Assembly (NCBI GenBank): GCA_963789955.1
Contig: CAWBMV010000034.1
Location: 288,001 to 352,000, forward strand
Reading direction: 5' to 3'
Source of the DNA: an uncultured Candidatus Rokubacteria bacterium
GTDB taxonomy: Bacteria; Methylomirabilota; Methylomirabilia; Rokubacteriales; CSP1-6
Length of the DNA: 64,000 nucleotides
Under the pieces are notes generated by a model. The model was not told the DNA's origin, searched no databases, and saw nothing but the letters and a program-made list of their open reading frames with translations. This document shows positions 53,114 to 61,001 of the stretch, one piece after another. The translations under genes were made by a program, and so were the position numbers. Position 1 is the stretch's first letter; the number at the start of each line of letters is the position of its first letter.

Positions 53114-54052
53114 ATGTACGCGACCATCCCTGTCGAAACAGAGTCGAAAACCCTCCAGATCGGTATCGGGTTCGCCTCGCACCAGGACGCGATCTGGGCG
53201 GCCGTTCGCGCGACTGCCATGGCGCGCACTGGCCTCCACGGGACGTCACCCGACCTTGTCCTGCTGGTCACGGCGGGTGTGCCCGCCCAGGACGTCGTCC
53301 CGCTCATCCGAGGGGTTCTGGGGCCGGTAGGGGTCGCAGGAGGCGCCACCTCGGCGATCCTGACCCATAACGGCGCCGTGACGTCGGGGGCCCTGGTCGT
53401 CTGCCTGACCAACGGAGAGGGCGCCGTGAGCGGCGTTGCCGCTTCGGGAGGTCGCGATCTGACGGAGGCAGGGCAGGGTGCGGCGCGGCTGATCCTGTCC
53501 GGCTGGCCGTTCAGGATGCGGTATCCGCGGGGTCTCGGCCTCGCGTTCGTGAAGCCGGGATTCGGCACGCCGGCCGAGTCATTCCTGCAGCCCTGGCGAA
53601 TCCTGATGGGCCCCAAGATGCGGACGGTGTGCAGCGTCCTCTCGTCCCCGGTCGTCTACGGGGCCTCGACGAGCGAGCCGCTTGCCAGCGCGGCGTGTCT
53701 CGAAGCCGCCTATTCGACCGGACTGGGCTATGCCGAGGGATTCGACACGGGGTCTTCGCCCGACCCGGAAACCCTCATCCAGGGGTCCGTGGAGGCCGCC
53801 CGGTCGGCCCTGAAGCGGCTCGAGGGTGACGGGGCGCGGCTCGTCCTCGTAGTCGAGTCGAGTGCCCGCCATCGAGCGCTGGGTCGTGCGGCGGCCGACG
53901 AGTGGGCCGCGATCAAGAGCGAGGTGGATTCCCGTACACCCTGCGTCGGCTGGCTCTGCGACCACGTCGCGGGCTACGGACGGGGCGTTCGGCCGGTCGA
54001 CTCCCATGGCTCGCTCGTCGTCGTCGCGCTCGGTGACGCTCCGCGCCGCTAG
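53114..54052 (+). CDS. FIST-domain (FIST_N + FIST_C-like) sensory protein, divergent
   Basis: IGIGFAS..PDLVLL..VAGGATSA N-terminal pattern and EW..I..PCVGW..HGSLVVVALG C-terminal pattern. Confidence 0.7.
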   Translation: MYATIPVETESKTLQIGIGFASHQDAIWAAVRATAMARTGLHGTSPDLVLLVTAGVPAQDVVPLIRGVLGPVGVAGGATSAILTHNGAVTSGALVVCLTNGEGAVSGVAASGGRDLTEAGQGAARLILSGWPFRMRYPRGLGLAFVKPGFGTPAESFLQPWRILMGPKMRTVCSVLSSPVVYGASTSEPLASAACLEAAYSTGLGYAEGFDTGSSPDPETLIQGSVEAARSALKRLEGDGARLVLVVESSARHRALGRAAADEWAAIKSEVDSRTPCVGWLCDHVAGYGRGVRPVDSHGSLVVVALGDAPRR

Positions 54053-54055
54053 AGC

Positions 54056-55156
54056 CTAGCCCCCGCACACCCGCCTGACGTCGGTCCAGTCCCGGCCGGG
54101 TAAGAGCGGCCGAAATTCTTTCGTGTGCGAGGCGGCCAGCTGCTTGAGGGTCTCGACTCGATCCGCCGCGAGTGGATGAGAGGCCAGGTAGCGCGTCGCG
54201 GCCGGCGTGCCGCGCTCGGCGGCTTGCAAGGTCTCGAAGAACGCGATCATCCCTCGGGGATCGACGTCGGCCACCAGCAGCATCCGCAGTCCTTCGACAT
54301 CCGCTTCGTTCTCGAGGTAGCGGCTATAGCGCAGGGTCCCGAGCACGCGTGCGCTCTCGATCCCGTAGGCCATCGCGCCCGTGATGTCTCCCGATATGGC
54401 GACGAGCAGCAGGCCGGTCGAGGCGTGCTGCAGCAGGAGTCGCGTCGCGTGGCGCTGGAGCACGTGCTGGAGCTCGTGCGCCAGCACGCCGGCCAGCTCT
54501 TCGGGGGTTCGCGCGCGCTCGACGAGCCCTCGGAGGAGCACGACCTGGCCGCCGGGGACGGCGAACGCGTTCACGGTGGAGTCGTCCACGACGATCACCC
54601 GAAACGTGTAGGGAGCCTTCGGCTGCGGGTCGAGCAGCCGCTTCACGATCGTGCCGATCGCTTCTTCGCGCTCCTGGTCGACGCAGCGCCGTTTCGACGC
54701 CGTGATCTGTTCCACGGCGGCCTGCCCGAGCCGCTCCTCCCACGACACCGGCACGCGGGCGGCGACCAGGCCGGCCGCTGCGGGAATACCCCACACGTAG
54801 AGCACCGCGCCCGCCGCGATCGAGGTCAGCGCCGCTCCAATCGTGAAGAGGACGCGGGACCGTCGCCGGCCTGGGTTGTGAAATTTGCGCCCGAAGCCCG
54901 GGGCAGTCGTATGCAGCGCTGCCAGAAACGCGGTGTCGTCGACCAGGAGAATCTCCGGGAAGGGCGAGCCGCGCTCCAGGCGGATCTGCTCGCCGGCGTA
55001 GAAGCCTTGTGTCTGGCGCACGTCCCGGAACGGCCACCAGAGACGCGTGCCGTCGGCAAGCGCGATCTCGAGCCCGCTCGCGGCCAGGCGCACGGACGCC
55101 TGCCGGCGCGCGGCACTGCGCCCGTCGAGGTAGTGGCCCGTGAATACGCCGGGCAT
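54056..55156 (-). CDS. M48-family metallopeptidase
   Basis: VNAFAVPGG, LAHELQH (HExxH), YSR..ENEAD, YLASHP; one TM helix. Confidence 0.92.
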   Translation of the reverse strand: MPGVFTGHYLDGRSAARRQASVRLAASGLEIALADGTRLWWPFRDVRQTQGFYAGEQIRLERGSPFPEILLVDDTAFLAALHTTAPGFGRKFHNPGRRRSRVLFTIGAALTSIAAGAVLYVWGIPAAAGLVAARVPVSWEERLGQAAVEQITASKRRCVDQEREEAIGTIVKRLLDPQPKAPYTFRVIVVDDSTVNAFAVPGGQVVLLRGLVERARTPEELAGVLAHELQHVLQRHATRLLLQHASTGLLLVAISGDITGAMAYGIESARVLGTLRYSRYLENEADVEGLRMLLVADVDPRGMIAFFETLQAAERGTPAATRYLASHPLAADRVETLKQLAASHTKEFRPLLPGRDWTDVRRVCGG

Positions 55157-55165
55157 CCCGGGGTG

Positions 55166-56398
55166 TTACGCGAAACCGACGTCGGCGCCCAGGAGACTTG
55201 AAAGCGCGTCGCCCGTGGCCGTCGCCAGCTGGGGCTCCTGGATGATCCCCGTGAGGTCGAGCGGTCCGTCGATGGTGAGATACGCGAACTCGAAGCGCGT
55301 CCGTCGCACGAGCACCCAGGGCCACGCCAGTCCGAGCGTGACGATGAGCAGACCCCAGTTCGCGAGCGTCTGGCCCATCAGCCGCCCGCCCGTCATCGTC
55401 GAGCGGAAGCGCGCCGTCTCGAAGTAGGTGTGCTCCCAGAAATAGCGGGTCTTCCTCGCGTTGAACCAGAACAGATACATCCCGAGTGTCGGTACGAGCA
55501 GGAGCAGGGCGACGACATACGCGCCGAAGAGATCGCGTCCGCGTCCGTCGAAGCGGAACGGCCGCCGGCCGAAGTACGAGTGCGAGACCAGGAACCCCTG
55601 CTGTCGCGTCTGGAAGAAGGGGTAGTAGAGGGTGAGCGTCAGGGTGCTCAGGATCGACGCGACGACGAAGACCTTGACGAACGCCCACACCGGGCCGCGG
55701 AACGAGAAGCGGATCCCACGCCACGAGGTACGGCTCAGTCGATATCGCCGAGCTCCGACCATGGCGATCGGGATGAAGAGGAAGACGAGCAGTGACGTGA
55801 ATGCCTGGGTCGCGATGTGAATCGTTTTGTCTCCGGAGAGGCGTGCCACCGCGCTCAGCGCGGTGATCGGCAACCCGACGAACAGCAGCGCCTTGACGAA
55901 TCCCAGCAACAGCTCCTTGCCGGTGCCGTGATAGGCAAAGCGATCACCCTCGAAGCCCGTCTGGCTCAGCAGGAAGCGGCGAATCTTGACCCGGCCCCAG
56001 AACCGGTAGACGCCGAAGGTCGCGATCGTCAACAGGATGTTCACGACGTAGATGCCGAAGAGCGTCCCGCCCGAGCCGTGGAACGTGAGTCGCCGCGGAC
56101 CGACGGGATCCGCGGCTCCAGACGTCGAGCTCGCGGGGGGCGGTGCGGTCATGACCGCGGTCGCCGAGGCGGCCGACACCGTCGAAGCCGGCCGAGCCGG
56201 CTGAGTCATCTCGGCGCGCGGCGGCGCGGACGGCGCTGAAGCTGCCGGAGGGCCGCTGGCCCGCGGCGCGCCCGGTGGTGTCGGCGGGCGCCGCATCTTC
56301 TCGAGTGCCGCCGTATAAACCGAGGCGACGACACCGCACTGAGCGCACTTGTCGCGCTCGACGGCGGGCGCGCCACAGCGAGGGCATGCGGTGGCCAT
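55166..56398 (-). CDS. YjgN/DUF898 membrane protein with N-terminal zinc ribbon
   Basis: CPRC..CAQC, FHGSGG.LF.IY.VNILLTI.TFGVY.FW, TSWRGIRF. Confidence 0.88.
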   Translation of the reverse strand: MATACPRCGAPAVERDKCAQCGVVASVYTAALEKMRRPPTPPGAPRASGPPAASAPSAPPRAEMTQPARPASTVSAASATAVMTAPPPASSTSGAADPVGPRRLTFHGSGGTLFGIYVVNILLTIATFGVYRFWGRVKIRRFLLSQTGFEGDRFAYHGTGKELLLGFVKALLFVGLPITALSAVARLSGDKTIHIATQAFTSLLVFLFIPIAMVGARRYRLSRTSWRGIRFSFRGPVWAFVKVFVVASILSTLTLTLYYPFFQTRQQGFLVSHSYFGRRPFRFDGRGRDLFGAYVVALLLLVPTLGMYLFWFNARKTRYFWEHTYFETARFRSTMTGGRLMGQTLANWGLLIVTLGLAWPWVLVRRTRFEFAYLTIDGPLDLTGIIQEPQLATATGDALSSLLGADVGFA

Positions 56399-57586
56399 CA
56401 CTTCACCGGTTGCGGCGCCGGCATCGCGGCGCGCGCCCATCGATCGAGCGGCACGGCTCGGACGAGCTCGGTCACGGTCTGCTCGACCGCTTTCCCGATC
56501 GCGCCGACGAGCGCTTTGCGCATCGCCGTGTTGTACCAGCGGCCCGCGTCGGTGCCCGAGAACCGCACGTACTCCGAGAGCTCGTCGTCTTCCAGCGTTT
56601 GATAGGTATAGAGCATCGACATCGTGCGCACCTCACGCAGGGTTTCGTTTGCCCGAGCTCTCACTTGCGCGGCTCGGTCTTCGATCTGTCCCGGCCGCAG
56701 CCGGCTTTCCGGCGGCCCGGCCGCCGACACCGCCGTCGAGAGTCCTCGTGCGATCGCCGCGACGAGGTCAGCCGACGTTTCATTGGCTCCGGTGACCCAG
56801 TCCAATCGCTGGAGCAGCTCGAGCCGCCGCGCGGGCGGCGGGTTCGCCTTGACCACCGCGGTGTACTCCGCGACTTTCTGCTCGGCGCCGGGCTGGGAGG
56901 ACGCGATCTCGAGGGCGATGATCTTGCGACCCACGGGCGTCCGCAGCCATGCGGCGGTCGTCTCGAGGCTGGGCCGGTCCACGTGCGGGAGGAACGCGTC
57001 TCGCACCGCACCGTAGACCGCTTCGTGCCGGAGCGATTGGGCCAGGATCCGGTCGATCGTCGCCATGTCGGCGGCGCTCATCTGGCCCGGTGCCGGCCGC
57101 AGATCTGCGGCGACCCGGGCCACCAATCCGACGAGCTGGGCGCGAGCTCCCGACAGCTCGAGGAGCTCATCGATCTTCGTGGGGCCCGCCTTCGGAAGCG
57201 GGAGCGGCGGAATCGTCGCCTTCGCGTCGCGGGCCCGCGGCGGCGACTGCGCGTCGATGCCCCTGGACTCCGGCTGCGTCTTCATCTCCGGTCTCGTCAC
57301 GTCCAACGGCTTCAGGTCGGGCGACGTCGACCTCGGGCATCTTTGCGGCGCGCGCCTTGACCTCCGGCGCCTTGATCTCCTGAGCCTTCGCGTCAGGCGT
57401 CCTCGGATCGAGCGCCGGCTTCGCCTCGGGCGTCGGCGTACGGATCTCTCTCGGCTGGGGCGGACGATCGGAGTAGTTGACGTTGCCCTGTTCGTCGACC
57501 CAGCGGTACGTCTCCGCCGCGCTCGGCGTCGACGCGACCACGAGCATGGCGCTCAGCATCAGGACCGCGCCGACCCGGTCAGTCAT
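56398..57586 (-). CDS. Exported protein with DUF4124-like N-terminus, Pro-rich linker and helical C-terminal domain (frameshift near 57307)
   Basis: Signal peptide, YRWVDEQGNVNYSDRPP motif; continues in ORF 56398-57306. Confidence 0.7.
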
Positions 57587-58946
57587 AGTTCCATCCGATG
57601 ATGATTCGCGGATCGGGAGCCGGCGGCAGCGAGACGCCCGGGCCCCACCGGTCGAACTTGGCGAGAAAATCGCGCACCTCGGGGACCGGCGCGTTCCAGT
57701 TCGCGAGGAACGCGACGGCCGCCTTCGCTTCCTTGACGAAATCGTCGTACTTGCCCTGCGCGTAGAGCACGCGCGCGAGGGCGAGGCGCCCTCCGGCATC
57801 GTCGCCGAAGAGCTGAACGGTCTTTCTCAGGTGCATCTCGGCCTCGGGATAGCGCTCGAGATCCGCGAGCAGCTTGCCGAGATTCCGATGGGTGCGCCAC
57901 GAGTCGGGATCGGCTTGCGCGGCGCGCTGGAGCCACGCGAGCGCGGCCTCGCGGTCGCCGAGATCCGCGGCGATCGCCGCGCGATAGTTGTAGGGCCGCG
58001 CGAACGCCGGCGCCAGCCGAATCGATTCGTCGAAGAGCTTCGTGGCGCCGTCGATGTCGCCATCGCGGAGATAGCGCTGGCGCGCGATCAGGAACAGCTG
58101 CTCGGCGCGCTTGGGGACCTCGCGGTTGCCGCCGAGGCGAATCTTGAGATAGCGGGCGCCCGACTCCTTGTTCGTGGCCGACGGGGTCACGCGCGTGCCC
58201 TCGATGACCATGAGGCGCCCCAGGCGCACGTAGCCCTCGTCCGAGAGCCACTGGCCGTACCACCAGATGCAGTCGGCCGCCTCCGGCTGGCCCAGGGTGG
58301 CGAGCCGGAAGGCCTTGAAGGTCTCGTCGCGCTCGGCGCCCGCCCGTGACTTGGCCTGCGCTTCGCCGCAATAGTTCTCGCCGGGCTTGACGATCGCGTA
58401 CGAGCGCGCCAGCTGTCGGGCCTGCGCGAGATCGCCCTTCTCGGTGAGGATGTCGAGCTTCACCTGCACGATCTGCTCGAGCGACGGATGGTCGCGCAGC
58501 AGGGCCGGCTGCATGTAGGTCGGCGCCCACTGGAAGAGCCAGCGTACGTGCGATGGATGCAGCGCGAGCAATCGGTCGAGCTGAGCGAGAGCCCGATCGT
58601 ACTCGCCCACACGCACCGCGAAGGACGCCGTACGGGCGATCAGCTCGGCGTCGTCGGGCGCGAGGGCAGCGGCCCGGTCGTAGAACGTGCGCGCCTCGTC
58701 GAACTCGCCCGTGAACTCGGCCATGCTGGCCCGCCCGGTCAGCGCACGTACCGACGTCGGCGCGGTGTTCGCCGCGCGCCGCGCCAGGCTCAGCGCCTCG
58801 GTATAGCGTCCGGCGTCGAATGCCGCCTGCGCGCGGTCCAGATCGCCGGCCGGCTGCGCCGGTCGCTCGGGCGCGGACTCGGCCACCGCGACACAGAGCG
58901 TCAGCACGATCGCCGACGCGATGGCTCTCGAGATGCGGATGGTCAT
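57579..58946 (-). CDS. Exported TPR-repeat protein
   Basis: Signal peptide (AVA-ES); several TPR helix pairs at both ends. Confidence 0.85.
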   Translation of the reverse strand: MTIRISRAIASAIVLTLCVAVAESAPERPAQPAGDLDRAQAAFDAGRYTEALSLARRAANTAPTSVRALTGRASMAEFTGEFDEARTFYDRAAALAPDDAELIARTASFAVRVGEYDRALAQLDRLLALHPSHVRWLFQWAPTYMQPALLRDHPSLEQIVQVKLDILTEKGDLAQARQLARSYAIVKPGENYCGEAQAKSRAGAERDETFKAFRLATLGQPEAADCIWWYGQWLSDEGYVRLGRLMVIEGTRVTPSATNKESGARYLKIRLGGNREVPKRAEQLFLIARQRYLRDGDIDGATKLFDESIRLAPAFARPYNYRAAIAADLGDREAALAWLQRAAQADPDSWRTHRNLGKLLADLERYPEAEMHLRKTVQLFGDDAGGRLALARVLYAQGKYDDFVKEAKAAVAFLANWNAPVPEVRDFLAKFDRWGPGVSLPPAPDPRIIIGWNYD

Positions 58947-60304
58947 CGCGCGCTGAAGGGGGTCGGTCCCTGGCGGGCGTCGCGCCCGAACTGCTCGTCG
59001 AGGTATCGTCGCTCATCGTCGAGGCTCGGCTCGAGACGTACGGCGATTTGAAGCTCGCGGAGGCCTTCGCCTCGATGGCCGGCCTTCAGGTGGAGCCAGC
59101 CGATGCTCGCGTGAGCCTCGGCGTCCATGGGGTCCATGGTCAGCACGCGGTTGTAGGCGGCGAGCGCTTCGTCATAGCGTCCGAGCCGACCGGCCGCCGC
59201 GCCAAGATTGAACTGCGCGCGCAGGTGATTCGGATTGACCTGGAGCGCTTTGGTGAGCCAGGTCAGCGCTTGCGCATCGTTGTCCTGGCTCATGTAAAGC
59301 CGTCCGATGTTGTGATAGGGCCACGAGAACGCGGGATCGGCGTCGATGGCCTTGGTGAACACGGCGAGTGCCGCGGTCGATTTGCTGTTGCGGTTCTGCA
59401 GGCGCCAGCCCGTCACGTTGAGCGACTCGGCGAGCTTGGGCACCTCGTGGTCGGGCAGGCGATAGCGCAGCACCCACTCCGCCTGCGCTCTGCTCTCGGA
59501 ATTCCGTGAGCGCTGCGCCCGGTCCAGCAGGACCAACCGTCCGAGTCGTGCGAGCCCCTCGTCGGTGATTCGCACGCCCAGAGTCAGCAGGCAGTCGGCG
59601 CGGTCGGGCTCGAGCATCATCGCCAGCAGCCCGGCCGTTTCCGCCGACACCGGCAGATCATGGCCCTGGCAGTAGTCGCCCTGTTCCCGGAGCCAGCCGC
59701 GAGTGCGCGCGAGGGCGATGGCCTGCTCGCGACGCCCAGCCTCGACCAGGATGCGGAAGACGTACTCCGGAACCACCTCGTGCGACGAGCGGAACGTCGA
59801 GCGGCCGAGCCGGGTCGCCGTCGGCAGACACACGCCCCACAACGCGGAGAGGTCCGGCCAGTGGCTCGGCACGCACGTCACGAGCACCACCACGCCGACC
59901 TTGAGCCCGAGCGACGCGTGCTGGCGCCATGGCCCGTACGCTTGCTCGAGCGACTGGATCGCCACGTCCACCTGCCCCATGCGATCGGCCATCTCGCCAA
60001 GACGGAGCCAGGTCGTCGTGGAAGGAGCGCGCCGAGCCGCCGCCTGGTAGGCGCTCAGCGCTTCGTCGAACTCTCCGAGGGCTTCGGCGGCCTCTCCCAG
60101 AGCCAGTTGCGCCGCGGCGGAGTCCGGAGCGAGCCTCGTCGCCGTGCGGTAGTGCTCCAGGGCCTGGAGAAGGTCGCCCTGTTCCGTCGACCGGCGTCCC
60201 GCGTCGACCGCCGCTCCGGCCTGCCGAGACATCCCGCATCCAGCGAGCAGAGCGACGAGGCCGAGAGCGCCGAGCGCCGGCGCCCAGGGCCGAGCACAAC
60301 CCAT
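58943..60304 (-). CDS. TPR-repeat lipoprotein, paralogous to the downstream gene
   Basis: Lipobox LLAGC; TPR motifs; start may extend to 60379. Confidence 0.85.
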   Translation of the reverse strand: MGCARPWAPALGALGLVALLAGCGMSRQAGAAVDAGRRSTEQGDLLQALEHYRTATRLAPDSAAAQLALGEAAEALGEFDEALSAYQAAARRAPSTTTWLRLGEMADRMGQVDVAIQSLEQAYGPWRQHASLGLKVGVVVLVTCVPSHWPDLSALWGVCLPTATRLGRSTFRSSHEVVPEYVFRILVEAGRREQAIALARTRGWLREQGDYCQGHDLPVSAETAGLLAMMLEPDRADCLLTLGVRITDEGLARLGRLVLLDRAQRSRNSESRAQAEWVLRYRLPDHEVPKLAESLNVTGWRLQNRNSKSTAALAVFTKAIDADPAFSWPYHNIGRLYMSQDNDAQALTWLTKALQVNPNHLRAQFNLGAAAGRLGRYDEALAAYNRVLTMDPMDAEAHASIGWLHLKAGHRGEGLRELQIAVRLEPSLDDERRYLDEQFGRDARQGPTPFSAR

Positions 60305-60508
60305 CTTCCAGGAATAGCGTGGCCGTTGAGGGCCAACAAACAATCCTTTAGGTGGCACCGCGAGGGGAGATGTGAACACCGAGCACTAGCGGTTGGGGCG
60401 AGTTTTGGCGCGGTCTGGTCAGGCGCCGAGGGACGTAACCGTCGTGGCGATCGGGCGCGAGTAAGATGACGCCATGGTTCGATTCAGCGCCGTCGTGGAC
60501 GCGTCCGC

Positions 60509-60883
60509 ATGACGTGGGCGCAACGGTTCGCCGTTCTTCTGGTCGCATTGGCGGGCGCGTGCAGCGCCACGAGCGGTGCGGATGATCCGGTGATCGATCC
60601 CGACGTCCGCGCCGCGATCAGTGGAGGAACGGTGCGGGTTCTCGTCGATCTCCGCGCTTTCGCGACCGATCCGCCGGCGATCCGGAACCTCCAGGATGAG
60701 GCGGTTCGCGGCCTGGCGGGGACCGGCGCGCGTCTCGTGCGCCGCTTCGCGACCGTCCCGCTCCTGGCCCTCGAGATCGATGCGTCGGCATTGACTCGCC
60801 TCGAAGCGATGCGCGACATTGTGGTGCGCGTTCGCGTCGATCGGATCACGCCACTGCACGAGGACCGCCCGCTGCCCCGCTGA
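60509..60883 (+). CDS. Lipoprotein resembling a stand-alone subtilase propeptide (I9-like inhibitor)
   Basis: Lipobox LAGAC; aligns by eye with the prodomain of the adjacent S8 protease. Confidence 0.7.
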   Translation: MTWAQRFAVLLVALAGACSATSGADDPVIDPDVRAAISGGTVRVLVDLRAFATDPPAIRNLQDEAVRGLAGTGARLVRRFATVPLLALEIDASALTRLEAMRDIVVRVRVDRITPLHEDRPLPR

Positions 60884-60971
60884 CGCCCCCGGTGACCGCC
60901 TCGGGCACTCCGGCTGCCAAAGCGTCACGCGCCGGGAGGCGTGAAACCCTTCTATTCAACCGGGTTGCGGA

Positions 60972-60987
60972 TGGCACGTTCGTTGCG
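60972..60987 (+). promoter_or_regulatory. Sigma54 (-24/-12) promoter of the S8 protease gene
   Basis: TGGCACG-TTCG-TTGC matches the TGGCACG-N4-TTGC consensus. Confidence 0.8.
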
Positions 60988-61001
60988 CACTATAACGGGC
61001 C

